From: an uncultured Acidobacteriota bacterium | GTDB taxonomy: Bacteria; Acidobacteriota; Terriglobia; UBA7540 | Length of the DNA stretch: 64,000 nt | Direction of reading: 5' to 3' | Assembly (NCBI GenBank): GCA_963804995.1 | Contig: CAWDSK010000003.1 | Span: 1,408,001-1,472,000 of the forward strand | In this document: in pieces, positions 1-10,389 of the stretch | Layout of the letters: every line of letters begins with the position of its first letter | How positions within the stretch are numbered: position 1 is the stretch's first letter | Translations under genes and position numbers: made by a program | Notes under the pieces: generated by a model | Databases searched by the model: none | What the model was told of the DNA's origin: nothing | What the model saw: the letters and a program-made list of their open reading frames with translations, nothing else

Positions 1-1
1 C

Positions 2-577
2 TTCGAGCGTGCCACAACCTTCGGCAACTACGAACTGCCACACACATTTCCGGCGGACAGTCAGTATAGAAAGTACGAAGGAACCGGCATGGGGCCCAAG
101 CTGCGTATCCACCCTCTAGCCGCTGCCATCGCTCGCAAACAGTTGCCCAAGGTTACAGCGCAGAACGCTATGGTCGACAAGCAATTAAGCCACCTGAACC
201 AGCGGCTTGCCGAGCTGCCGGGCATATCGTATCCGTATGTACGCCCGGATGCGAAGCGCGTCTACTGGGCATCCAACAAGATTTTCATTGATGAGCAAAA
301 GGCTGGAGCCCCCCTCGGCGAGCTGATCAAAGCCCTGAAAGCTGAGGGCGTGCAAGCCAGCCCCGGACCCTACGATGAGCAGCACAAGTACGCGCTCTAC
401 CATGAAGCCAAATGGTGGCACCACCCGGTGGTGATTCCGGATGATCTCAAGGGCACCACGCAGGTGAACAAACAGGCCGTGAACCTGCCGATTTTCCGCA
501 CCGAGGCCTCGGAGCTGATCGAACAGTACATTAAGGCCTTCGAGAAAGTCTGGGCGCACCGGACGGAACTATCCTAG
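2..577 (+). CDS. DegT/DnrJ/EryC1/StrS family PLP aminotransferase, C-terminal part (5' end outside window)
   Basis: Frame is open from position 2. The G-x-K-L-R-I-H-P-L-A-A-A-I-A-x-x-Q-L motif and the C-terminal 'LP' segment are typical of DegT-family C-domains. Confidence 0.75.
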   Translation, partial: FERATTFGNYELPHTFPADSQYRKYEGTGMGPKLRIHPLAAAIARKQLPKVTAQNAMVDKQLSHLNQRLAELPGISYPYVRPDAKRVYWASNKIFIDEQKAGAPLGELIKALKAEGVQASPGPYDEQHKYALYHEAKWWHHPVVIPDDLKGTTQVNKQAVNLPIFRTEASELIEQYIKAFEKVWAHRTELS

Positions 578-597
578 GTCGGAACGGTAAGACAGAT

Positions 598-646
598 TCG
601 TCGAACGCGGGAAACGGGAAGTTTGTATCCGTCCCGCGTTCGACGA
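598..646 (+). terminator. Hairpin (15-bp inverted repeat) after the aminotransferase; possible terminator
   Basis: TCGTCGAACGCGGGA (598-612) pairs with TCCCGCGTTCGACGA (632-646), followed by a weak T-rich tail. Confidence 0.45.
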
Positions 647-974
647 TCGTTGTTGAGAAACGCTGACGTCCTTTTCTCTCCCATCAAACTTGGAAGTATT
701 AGCGGCACAATTTACGAGTCCCTCCACAACAACGTCCTCACTTCCAACGGTTGGTCTCTGAACCGGTCCGTGTACACAGCCGTTAAGGTCGACTCCAACT
801 TCAATGCCGTCAAACAGCGAAATACTCTTGGAGACAATTTCGCGAGGCTTAAACGGGATTTAGAACCCCTCTGACCCGCCGCCATGCAAGTCCACTTTCC
901 TTTCTGCCCAAAGTGCGGTAATTTCTCGGTGCACGGGCGGAATCCCACATTGACTCTATCCAAAGGAGAAAGAC

Positions 975-2288
975 ATGGCGAAGCATCTGGCGCGAAGAAA
1001 CTTTCTGAAAACTGCGGGCATGGGAGCCTTAGGGGTAGTAGGAAGTGCAAGTCCTGCCTCTAGTCTCATACCGCCTGCGACCGCTGCGGCAATCAATGAC
1101 CTCGAGCCCATGAAGATTACGAAGATTGAAGCGGTGAGATTTCGAAAGGGGCTGACCATTGATGGCGAAGCTCCTGCCTGGATGTGGGTGCGGCTCCACA
1201 CCAACACTGGCATCGTCGGAGTGGGCGAGACTTATCCCTACTCGGATGCTGAGATCGGCGCGCTGCGGGATCTGGTGGGGGATGAGCGCGGTTCACCCGC
1301 CGGACTCTTGGGATTCGACCCGCGCGATATCGACCGCACCTGGTATGAGATTTATGATCGCACCGCCTTTAACGTCATCGGTGGTGCGGAGATGCGAATT
1401 CTCTCCGCCATCAATATCGCGCAATGGGACATCCTGGGTAAATCGTTGGGGACGCCCGTCTACCGCCTTTTGGGCGGAAAAGCTCGCGACAAAATCCGCG
1501 TTTATAACACCTACACGCGCGGCTGGATCATTAACGGTTGGCAGATGGATACGGATGCGGAGAAGGTTTGTAACTTCCTGCGTGGCCGGGGAATCAAAGC
1601 CGTCAAATTCTACCCCTTCGACCCTATCGGCCGTCGCAACGAGGGAAACTACATCTCTCCCATGGAGATCGACAAAGCGCTCGAACCGATCAGGCTGATT
1701 CGCGATAAATTTGGCGACGATATGGAGATTGCCATCGACGTTAATGCGCAGTGGAATCTCACCGCCGCCCTGCGCATTGCCCACGCGATGGAGCCCTACA
1801 AGATCATGTTCCTGGAAGATGCGCTGTACCAGGGCAACATGGAGGCCTACTCGATATTGACCCGGGAAACTTCCATCCCCATCACCGTCAGCGAACGCCT
1901 GGCCACGCGCTACCAGTTCCGGGAAGTGCTGGATAAGAAGGCTGCCAAGATCGTGATGTTTGACGTCACCTGGTGCGGAGGCATCTCCGAAGCGAAGAAG
2001 ATTTCAGACCTCGCCGACACCTACTATATCCCCGTCGCGCCGCATACCTGTGGCGGGCCGCTCCTATGGTTCTCCTCGATCCACACCGCCACCGCCGTTA
2101 AGAACCTCTGGATTATGGAAAGTTGCTACCATTTCTATAATTTCCAGTACCCCTACTTCATCAAAAACGTGCCGGTCCCTCAGGATGGCTACGTGACGGC
2201 GCCCGAGGGCCCCGGATTGGGGGTGGAATTCCGCACCGAGCCCTTCGAGCGCGGCGATGCGATTGTGGAGACGATTGCCGAGTTATAG
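975..2288 (+). CDS. Mandelate racemase/muconate lactonizing enzyme family (enolase superfamily acid-sugar dehydratase-like) with Tat signal
   Basis: ARRNFLK twin-arginine leader; G-x-G-E, AQWDILGK..PVYRLLGG, KxK (KAVKF), metal ligands D/E/E, and P-x-G-P-G-L-G at the C-terminus; AAGGAG RBS. Confidence 0.9.
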   Translation: MAKHLARRNFLKTAGMGALGVVGSASPASSLIPPATAAAINDLEPMKITKIEAVRFRKGLTIDGEAPAWMWVRLHTNTGIVGVGETYPYSDAEIGALRDLVGDERGSPAGLLGFDPRDIDRTWYEIYDRTAFNVIGGAEMRILSAINIAQWDILGKSLGTPVYRLLGGKARDKIRVYNTYTRGWIINGWQMDTDAEKVCNFLRGRGIKAVKFYPFDPIGRRNEGNYISPMEIDKALEPIRLIRDKFGDDMEIAIDVNAQWNLTAALRIAHAMEPYKIMFLEDALYQGNMEAYSILTRETSIPITVSERLATRYQFREVLDKKAAKIVMFDVTWCGGISEAKKISDLADTYYIPVAPHTCGGPLLWFSSIHTATAVKNLWIMESCYHFYNFQYPYFIKNVPVPQDGYVTAPEGPGLGVEFRTEPFERGDAIVETIAEL

Positions 2289-2648
2289 CACGTCGTTCAA
2301 GAACCTGGCGAGCAGGTCATCCTGGGTCTACCGTCAGGGGCCGGAATGATTTGTGTCTGTACAAACCGGCTGGCTCGTCTTGTGCCCGATTTCAGTTAAC
2401 CTAGGAATTTGATGCGACGACTCGTCTGCACTTTTGCATGCTTGCTTGTAGCCTGTAGCCGCGCGTTCGGGCAGGGTTCCCGGGGCGAACCGGACCAGGA
2501 GTGGCGGTATTAGGGCCACGATCCTGAAGATATTTCCATGAATACCTGCGTCAATTGCCATAAGCTCCGCAAGGCTCCACTCTCCTGTGATTGCTGTCAC
2601 GACATCGGGCATTGAGGAAGGTGTCAGGTGCCAGCTATCGGCTAACTA

Positions 2649-2721
2649 CCCTCGCCCCCTTGGGGGAGAGGGTGGACCGCTGCCGGGGGTTTCATCAGCC
2701 GGAGCGGGCCGGGTGAGGGGG
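2649..2721 (+). repeat. REP-like palindromic element, CCCTC(T/G)CCC...GGGAGAGGG...GGGTGAGGGG family
   Basis: Related copies at about 40773-40904, 48423-48555, 52825-52872, 53076-53147, 60496-60563, 60612-60660 and 62629-62719. Confidence 0.7.
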
Positions 2722-2804
2722 TCACCCAGGATCGAATTGAGAAGTAATCTCTTGAAACCCATTGAGTGCACAGCCTTGAGGCAAGCCCGCCAACGGAACA
2801 TCTC

Positions 2805-4863
2805 ATGAAGCTGAAAACCACGCTCCTCGTCATCGCGACACTTCTGAGCCCCTTATTACTCACTTCGCAGGAGCCCGCCCGCGACCCTTTTCTCCTCTGG
2901 ATGAACGACATCGCGCAGCAGCAACTCGATCAGCGTGAAAAGGCCATCGCCGCTATTCATACCGTTCCTGAGGCGGCGAAACGGCAACAACTGGTGTGCG
3001 AAAAGGTCTTGGCGGCTATGGGCGGTCTACCAGATTACAAGGGGCCGCTCAACGCCCGGATCATGGGTCATATCCAGGCGGATGGCTATGTCATCGAGAA
3101 AGTGATCTTTGAGAGTCTCCCGCACTTCTACGTCACCGCCAATCTTTACCGGCCCAACCAGCCCGGCCGCTATCCCGGGATTCTCCTGCAATCAGGCCAT
3201 GTGCAGGAAGGCAAGCCGGAATCGCAAAGAGTCGCAGCCAATCTGGCTTTAAAAGGCTTCGTGGTCTTGGCGTTCGATCCCCTGGGTGGCGGGGAACGGG
3301 AACAAACCTTTAACCAGCAGGCTAGCCGGCCATTGGCGGGCGGGGCAACCAATGAACATATCCAGGCGGAAGCTCAGAGTCTGCTGATTGGTGAGGGAGT
3401 AGCGCGATTCTTCATCTGGGATGCCATGCGCTCCCTCGACTACCTGCAAAGCCGGCCGGAAGTTGACGGTGCGCGGATCGGTGCCGTGGGTTGCTCGGGC
3501 GGCGGGGCCACGTCAACTTGGATTCGGAGCTCTCGACCCAAGAATCAAAGCAGTCGCTTCGGCCTGTTCTACCAATTCGTTTCGATTAATGTTTGCGCGG
3601 CCGGTTCCGCACGGCGAATTCCACGGTGAGATGGGCCTGCACAGGTTTTTGGCCGATGGGCTGGACACGGCGGATCTTGTGGAGGCGCGCGCCCCAACCC
3701 CCTGGCTTATCCTGGCCACCGAGGGTGACTTCTTCACGCCGGACGCAGCCGAGCTGGTGTATAAGGAAGCGCAACATTGGTACAGCCTCTATGGCGCCGA
3801 AGACAAGGTTCACCTCTTCGTCGCACCCGGCCCTCATGGCATGCCTCTTCCCACGCGCGAGCTGATTTATGAGTGGATGATCCGCTGGCTTAAGGACGGT
3901 AAAGGTGATTTTCACGAACAGCCCGTACACCAGTATCTCAGCCACGAACTCGTGGTAACCAGGAGCGGACATGTCGATGACGAACCCGGCAGTCGCAAGC
4001 TCTATCAGGTAATTCTTGACGACTTTCACGCCAAAAAACGGCAAGGGACGGTTCCAGAACTCATAGCCGAACTTCGGAAATGGGAGGTTCCCACGGCAGG
4101 CGCCCCTCCGGACGTGAAAGTCTTGGAGGAGTCGAACACCCCGGAGGGTCGCGTGCAGCACATTCGCTTTGAGAGTGAGCCCGGCGTGAACATTGAGGGC
4201 AAGCTGTATCTTCCGGGTTCTGCGGGGCAAAAACCTGCCGTCCTACTTGTGGCTGATAAGATCAAGACCTACTATATTCCGTCGACAGAGATGTTGGCGG
4301 AAAGGATGGTCAAGCTGGGCCGAGTCGTCCTCACCCTGGAGGTGCGTGATGATCCCTCGGGGATTGATAGGCGGGAACATATCGGCAATTGGATGGCGAA
4401 CACCCGGGCCGATCATATTGGGCGTAATCTGGCGGCCATGCGGGCTCATGACATTCTGCGCGGTGTAGATGTTTTGAGCGCCACGAGCGACGCCGATCCT
4501 GCTCCGCTTCATGCCGCAGCCCGGGGGGTCGCCGGAGTCTGGCTTTTGCTGGCGGCGGCTGTTGACACCCGTATCAACAAAGTCTGGTTGGATCGAACCC
4601 CCTACAGCTTGCGGGCGGCTCTCAACACCACGATGAACGATAGCCTGTTGGACGCCATGATTCCCGGCTTTGCGCTGCATTGGGACCTCGAGGATTTGAC
4701 TCGGGCCATGGGAACCCGTCCGGTCTTATGGACTGACCCGACCAACTGGATGGATAGGATTATTCCTCTCCATCCCCCCTTTCAGTATCGCTATGTTCTA
4801 GGTGATGCGACGGATTTCTATGATACACAAGATAATATGTATATGGGGGAGTTCCTGAAATAA
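2805..4863 (+). pseudogene. Secreted acetylxylan esterase-like double alpha/beta hydrolase, split by a +1 frameshift at about 3523-3525
   Basis: The two ORFs (2805-3629, 3421-4863) align consecutively with the intact paralog at 44445-46502. Removing one base from TGG ATT C GGA restores GCSGGGATSTWI-GALDPRIKAV (paralog: GCSGGGALTTYIGALDTRLKAV). Confidence 0.8.
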
Positions 4864-4883
4864 TCCTCAAGGAGAGGTCAATC

Positions 4884-6833
4884 ATGCTGCTCACAAATAT
4901 TTCGCGCCGCCTGCTCCGTGCTTCGCTGGTGGCCGGCTTGTTACTCGTCGTGGTGTCTTCTGCCAGCATGCAGCAACGTTCTGCCCCGGACACGGCCGAG
5001 GATCTCCGCACCTGGATCAAGGCTAATTATTTAAAGTACGAGTACCGCATTCCCATGCGCGACGGCATCAAGCTCATGACTGCAGTCTACATTCCCAAGG
5101 AGGCCTCGGCATGGCGGACTTTTCCAATCCTGATGCTCCGCTCGCCCTACGGGATAGGTCCCTACGGGACTGATAACTATCCGGGCATGCTGGGGCCGTC
5201 GGAACTGTTTGCGCGGTCGAAATACATCTTTGCCTACCAGGATGTGCGCGGGCAGATGATGTCGGAGGGGGAATACGTCAACATGCGCCCGCACAATCCG
5301 GCCAAAAAAGGCACGGAAACGGATGAGGCCAGTGACACCTATGACAGCATCGATTGGCTTATCCACAACGTTCCCTTTCATAGCGATAAGGTTGGAATAT
5401 GGGGCATTTCCTATTCGGGCTTTTACGCGGCCGAGGGCATGATCGATGCTCATCCCGCGCTGCGCGCCGTTTCCCCCCAGGCGCCTATTGCCGACTGGTT
5501 TATCGGCGACAACTTCCACCACAACGGCGCGGTATGGCTTGCGCACTTTTTCAACTTCATTTCCGGTTTTGGAGTCCCACGAGCGGGACTGTCCACGACG
5601 AGAAGCCAGGGGGGGGTTGAGCCAGGTACCCCCGATGGATACGAATTCTTCAAGGGCATCGAACCCCTCTCCCTGGCCGACGAGAAATACCTGAAGCACC
5701 ACATCGCCTATTGGGACGAATTTTTGCAGCACCCCGACTACGATGCCTTTTGGAAAGCCTGCAACCTGGCGCAACACGTGAAGAATATCCGGCCCGCGAT
5801 ATTGACGGTGGGCGGCTGGTTTGACGCCGAAGATCTCTACGGCACCTTGCACATCTTTGGAGCAGCGGATAAGAACGATCCGCGGGGGTCAATCCGGCTG
5901 GTGATGGGGCCGTGGCACCACGGTGGCTGGGCAAGCAGTGAGGGAGATCGTTTGGGCGACGTGCAGTTCGGTTCCAAAACCTCATTGTTTTTCCGCGAGC
6001 ACATTGAGTTCCCCTTTTTCGAGTATTACCTGAAAGACCGCGGTGAGATGAATCTGCCACACGCCTATGTGTTCGAAACGGGAACGAATTCGTGGCGCAC
6101 ATACGATTCCTGGCCACCCAAGAACGTCAGCCGGAAATCACTCTACCTCAAGCCCTCCCACAAACTCTCCTTTGATTCGCCCCATCAGACGGGAGAGCCT
6201 TTTGACGAGTACACGAGCGATCCGGACAAGCCCGTCCCCTATTACGACAAACCGAATATCGACATGGTCCGCGAGTACATGGCCGGTGACCAGCGGCTCC
6301 AAGGCCAGCGGACGGACGTGCTGGTGTATGAAACGGAGCCCCTGGACGCTGACGTTACCGTGGCCGGTCCCGTCGAGCCCAGCCTGGAGGTTTCTACGAC
6401 CGGGACCGATGCTGACTGGGTTGTAAAGTTAATCGATGTGTACCCGGGGAATATGCCGGATGCCGACCCTCGACCCAGCGGGTATCGAATGGGTGGCTAC
6501 GAGCAACTTGTGCGCGGTGATCTGATGCGAGGCCGCTACCGCAACAGCTTCGAAAAACCGGAGCCTTTCGAACCAGGCAAGATTACCAAAGTGGAGTTTG
6601 TGATGCCCGATGTCAATCACACCTTCCGCACCGGACATCGCATCATGGTACAGGTGCAAAGCTCCTGGTTCCCGCTCGCAGATATCAACCCGCAGGTTTT
6701 CGTAAATATCTACACGGCCAAAGCCTCGGATTTCCGGAAGGCCCAGATGCGGGTGTACCACTCGGCGGCCGCCGCTTCGCACGTGGATGTTTGGGTGCTG
6801 CCCTCAAAGCCCGCGGCCGAGGCCGGTCAGTGA
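4884..6833 (+). CDS. CocE/NonD family hydrolase (alpha-amino acid ester hydrolase / glutaryl-7-ACA acylase-like)
   Basis: IPMRDG-x-L, RSPY, QDVRG..SEG, nucleophile GISYSG, MGPW-x-H, and a C-terminal PepX_C-like domain; signal peptide. Confidence 0.9.
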   Translation: MLLTNISRRLLRASLVAGLLLVVVSSASMQQRSAPDTAEDLRTWIKANYLKYEYRIPMRDGIKLMTAVYIPKEASAWRTFPILMLRSPYGIGPYGTDNYPGMLGPSELFARSKYIFAYQDVRGQMMSEGEYVNMRPHNPAKKGTETDEASDTYDSIDWLIHNVPFHSDKVGIWGISYSGFYAAEGMIDAHPALRAVSPQAPIADWFIGDNFHHNGAVWLAHFFNFISGFGVPRAGLSTTRSQGGVEPGTPDGYEFFKGIEPLSLADEKYLKHHIAYWDEFLQHPDYDAFWKACNLAQHVKNIRPAILTVGGWFDAEDLYGTLHIFGAADKNDPRGSIRLVMGPWHHGGWASSEGDRLGDVQFGSKTSLFFREHIEFPFFEYYLKDRGEMNLPHAYVFETGTNSWRTYDSWPPKNVSRKSLYLKPSHKLSFDSPHQTGEPFDEYTSDPDKPVPYYDKPNIDMVREYMAGDQRLQGQRTDVLVYETEPLDADVTVAGPVEPSLEVSTTGTDADWVVKLIDVYPGNMPDADPRPSGYRMGGYEQLVRGDLMRGRYRNSFEKPEPFEPGKITKVEFVMPDVNHTFRTGHRIMVQVQSSWFPLADINPQVFVNIYTAKASDFRKAQMRVYHSAAAASHVDVWVLPSKPAAEAGQ

Positions 6834-6909
6834 ATGTGCGCCACTCTCTCGGGGGGACGATCCCGCCGCGGTGATCTATTGGTGGGAGCGGAAATGCGGG
6901 CAGATGCCT

Positions 6910-7797
6910 CTAGGCCCGCGCGAGCGATTTGGCAATCATCTTCTGCCAAATCTGATGTTCCTCGATCAGCGCCTGAGCCGGGTCGGGAACCTCCACCGAC
7001 TCCTCCACGATGCACCACCCGTCCCATCCCATGTCGATGAGAAGATCGAATTGCAATTGGTAGGGAAACTCCGTGTCACGATACGGGCGCATGTGGAGGG
7101 TATTATCCAGCCGGTCCTTTACCAGGGCGAAGTTCTGAGCGAACTTGCCGTCGGCGTTGTCTTTAGCGTCGCAATTGAGCTTGATGCGCACATTTTTCTG
7201 ATCAACCAAATCCATAACCTTGCGTAAGGTGGTCAAGCGGCCGGCGGAGCCGTGATTTTCCAGGCGAATGATCTGGCCATAGTCCTTCGCGTAGCGGCCC
7301 AAGGCGTTCAGTGATTCGGCAATTCCGGCGATGGTGTCTGTCTCCGGTACGCCTTCGTGCAGGTCGTTCGGGAAAACGCGGATCCCGCCGGCTCCCGTGT
7401 CGCGGGCAAGCAACACATATTCTTTAGCTTTCTCCACAGCCGCCTTCCGCACTGACGGGTCGGGCGAGTCAAACCGCTCGCCGCAGTTGATGGTGAGTAG
7501 CTTGACCGGGCTGGCAGCGAACCGTTGCTTCACTTCGCGGCGCTGCGCCTCGTTCAGACTCAACTCCACACCATGCTTGTGCTTCTCGTCGGTCCGCACT
7601 TCCACGCCGAAAGCTTTGGCCTTGGCACAGTTGGCAATCAAAGTGGGAAGGTCCCAATCCTTGCCCCACTCGTAAGTGGTGAAGGCAAACTTCAATTTGG
7701 AAACTCGCTTGGCCAGGGCGTTCATCGGTACCAGGGCCGCACAGGCAGCCAGGAAAGTCCGTCGGTCGAACAGAAAGGATTGTTTGTGGTTTGTCAT
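6910..7797 (-). CDS. Sugar phosphate isomerase/epimerase (xylose isomerase-like TIM barrel) with Tat-like leader
   Basis: DRRTFL leader; G-V-E-x-R, IRVFPN, and the LENHG metal motif. Confidence 0.8.
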   Translation of the reverse strand: MTNHKQSFLFDRRTFLAACAALVPMNALAKRVSKLKFAFTTYEWGKDWDLPTLIANCAKAKAFGVEVRTDEKHKHGVELSLNEAQRREVKQRFAASPVKLLTINCGERFDSPDPSVRKAAVEKAKEYVLLARDTGAGGIRVFPNDLHEGVPETDTIAGIAESLNALGRYAKDYGQIIRLENHGSAGRLTTLRKVMDLVDQKNVRIKLNCDAKDNADGKFAQNFALVKDRLDNTLHMRPYRDTEFPYQLQFDLLIDMGWDGWCIVEESVEVPDPAQALIEEHQIWQKMIAKSLARA

Positions 7798-7981
7798 AGC
7801 GCACAGAACCTACCTATTTGGAACCATCCTTGTCAAGCGAGAAAACTTGCTCCCTGATTGTAGGCGCACGACTTGCCGCACCCTCTTGGTTCGGTCGCGC
7901 GCGGTCATAAAAAGTGAACTGCAACCCGTACCCCCACAACCGGGGCGGCAGCGTCGCTGGCCAATTTTCAGAAATCGCGAG

Positions 7982-9172
7982 CTAATGAGCCAGCCTGTAA
8001 ACCTCACTTCCAGAAAGCAGGAAGGTTCCGGTGACGTATTCGTGCGTGCTTTCCCGCGCCACGAGGTGCGGCTCGCCGTCCACCTGCTGACCCCAAAGAA
8101 CCATTCCCTCCGGGCTGAGGCTTTGGCTCAAGCCGGCCCAGGCCTTTTCGACTGCGGGGAGGTACTCTTTGCGATTCAATATTCCATGATTGATACCCCA
8201 AGCCAGTCCGAAGCAGAAGAAGCCGCTCCCGCTGGTCTCGGGATTCGGAAACTGGTCCGGGTCCTCGAGGTTCACGCGCCACAGGCCATCAGCCCCCTGG
8301 CGCTTGACCAACTCCGCGGCCTGACGGCGGAAGATATCGACATAGTGCTGCCGGCTGGGGTGATTCTTCGGCAGATATTCGAGCACCCGCGCGATGCCGG
8401 CAAACGCCCAACCATTCCCGCGCGACCAGAAGATCTTCTTCCCATTGGCGGTCCGCTGGCCGATGAATCGAGGGTCGCGGTAATACAAGCCGGCCTCCTT
8501 ATCGAGCAACTGTGCTGTGACATCATCGAAGAAGGCATTCATGATGTCGATATATTTACTGTCCCCGGTGGCTTTGGCGAGCATGGCGAGCGCCGGAGCA
8601 CCGTAAAGGGAGTCCACATAGACCTCGTCGCTATTCAGGTGGTAATGGTCGGCATACCAGTGCTTCGAGCCCGCCGGCGTGAGTGGGTCCGGCGTAGCCA
8701 GCCACTTGAGGGCAGGATCGATCATCGCGTGGTCCTTCTTCGCAAGGTAAAGCTCGGCCCAAGTCTCCACACAGAACAAGCGGTTGGCGCCATTGGGCTC
8801 AGTGCCCACTTGCCATTCGTGCAGGCGGCCCCACTCCAGCGCCTGGTCGAGAAAGGTTGGGTCATGGGTTGATTTCCATGCGGCCATGACACCCGTGTAC
8901 CACGTACCTCGTTCCCAATTGCGATCGTCCGGGTTCATCACCGGGTGCGCCAACTGCCAGGCGTTTGCCCTTTTGAGGAGATTCAGGACTTCCGGTCTTT
9001 TCGGGAGCGCCGGAGCAGTCGTCGCCTCCTGGGTCCCCGCCATGGTCCCGGCAGCATGAACCACGTACCCGCCTCGCGGTTTGCCAGTCATGAGCAAAGG
9101 ATTATTGGTTTGAATGATTGCTATAGAGAATAACATCACAACGCGTATGAGCCATCGTTTCGCTTCTTCCAT
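7982..9172 (-). CDS. Glycoside hydrolase family 88/105 (unsaturated rhamnogalacturonyl hydrolase-like)
   Basis: WSRGNGW, YVDSLY, Q-x-x-DGLW, ETSGS and YVTGTFLL motifs. Confidence 0.88.
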   Translation of the reverse strand: MEEAKRWLIRVVMLFSIAIIQTNNPLLMTGKPRGGYVVHAAGTMAGTQEATTAPALPKRPEVLNLLKRANAWQLAHPVMNPDDRNWERGTWYTGVMAAWKSTHDPTFLDQALEWGRLHEWQVGTEPNGANRLFCVETWAELYLAKKDHAMIDPALKWLATPDPLTPAGSKHWYADHYHLNSDEVYVDSLYGAPALAMLAKATGDSKYIDIMNAFFDDVTAQLLDKEAGLYYRDPRFIGQRTANGKKIFWSRGNGWAFAGIARVLEYLPKNHPSRQHYVDIFRRQAAELVKRQGADGLWRVNLEDPDQFPNPETSGSGFFCFGLAWGINHGILNRKEYLPAVEKAWAGLSQSLSPEGMVLWGQQVDGEPHLVARESTHEYVTGTFLLSGSEVYRLAH

Positions 9173-9301
9173 ACCTCGCCTCCTCGTTTAATTTGAGCCC
9201 GCGCAGCATACCACTTCAGGCGAGCAGGAAACAGGAGGATATCGCTTGGCGGGGGGCAACGTCTGCGAGTTGGTCCGGAATGCTGATTACGCGGCAGGTC
9301 T

Positions 9302-9431
9302 CTAGCAGGCTGTCGAAAAACCCTTACGGTGCGACGTAGCGGCGGGTCTATCCCGCCATTTTATGCCACGCGATCGCGGGCAGGATGGCGGGGTAAACCC
9401 GCCGCTACCTCATTTTTCATCAGCCTGCTAG
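9302..9431. mobile_element. MITE/REPIN-like element: terminal inverted repeats enclosing a GTAG-REP doublet
   Basis: CTAGCAGGCTGTCGAAAAA (9302-9320) / TTTTTCATCAGCCTGCTAG (9413-9431). Inside: GTAGCGGCGGGTCTATCCCGCCA and the inverted TGGCGGGGTAAACCCGCCGCTAC. Confidence 0.65.
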
Positions 9432-9463
9432 GGAGGGTTGGTCGGGGTCAAGGGGGGAAATCC

Positions 9464-10345
9464 TCAAGCCTGGTAGCCTTTTTTCCGCAGGCTGGGGGCT
9501 AGTAATCTGCGCGCATTCCCGCCCAGGATGAGTTCCTTGGCGGAGTCCGGGATGTTGGCGCCCAGAACCTTGGCAAGTTGCGAACCGAAGCTTCGGCCTC
9601 CGCAATCGCTGCCATAAATGACTCGTTCCGCACCCAATTCGCGCACCGCCATTTCTGTGACTCCCACCATCGAATCGCCACCCGCGATTCCGGCATACAC
9701 GTTTTCCGTTTCGCGAATAATGCGCACCGTCGGCTCGATCGTGTGGGCGCATATGATCTGAAGCCGAGGGTGCCGCTTGGCGAGTTCCACCACGTCGTAG
9801 GGCGTGGAATTGCCAGGGGCATTACCGAGGGTATTAAGCCCGGCGTGTTGCAGAATGGGCACATTCAAAGCGACGGCCCGCTCCGCGATGGGATCCATTT
9901 CCGGAACGTTGCAACGCAGGTCCGCCTCGATCTCTCCCACCATAACCATGGGGCCGTCCCGCACACATCGGTCAAACTCCTGCAAACTGAATTCGAGATG
10001 GGCGGGGCTCAAGTACACCGACCCATAGGCGCGGTCGGGAAAGGCTCGCACCGCCCGCATCACCCGATTGTTTTCCTCGCGGAGTTGGTCCGGGGTGGGG
10101 TGTTCGTCGGCAGAGTAGCCCTGGGAAAGGATAAGGCGCTCAACGCCCAAACAATCCATGCATTTCACCAGGAAGGCCATGCGCTCTTCGGGGGTATCGC
10201 CGGGCACTTCGTGAAGATGGCTGTGGAGATCCCAAACGCGAAAGTGCTGAGCCGAGTCCGAGGCAACCGCCTGAGTGGGCATCGCACCGACGAGCCCCAA
10301 GGGCAATCCTGCGCAACAACTTTTTAGAAGGGTTCGGCGGTTCAA
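9464..10345 (-). CDS. Amidohydrolase_2 family protein (tandem copy 2), Tat-like leader
   Basis: D-x-H-S-H, GEI, AH, YGSD and ILGGNA motifs; close paralog of 10390-11292. Confidence 0.85.
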   Translation of the reverse strand: MNRRTLLKSCCAGLPLGLVGAMPTQAVASDSAQHFRVWDLHSHLHEVPGDTPEERMAFLVKCMDCLGVERLILSQGYSADEHPTPDQLREENNRVMRAVRAFPDRAYGSVYLSPAHLEFSLQEFDRCVRDGPMVMVGEIEADLRCNVPEMDPIAERAVALNVPILQHAGLNTLGNAPGNSTPYDVVELAKRHPRLQIICAHTIEPTVRIIRETENVYAGIAGGDSMVGVTEMAVRELGAERVIYGSDCGGRSFGSQLAKVLGANIPDSAKELILGGNARRLLAPSLRKKGYQA

Positions 10346-10389
10346 CGGAGAGAGACCTCTTGGCTAGCACCTAAGGTTGGCGTCGACGG

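Noticed and set aside
623..1050. Small ORFs 623-874 (+) and 712-1050 (-)
   Set aside because: No RBS or family motif; they overlap a hairpin or the next gene.
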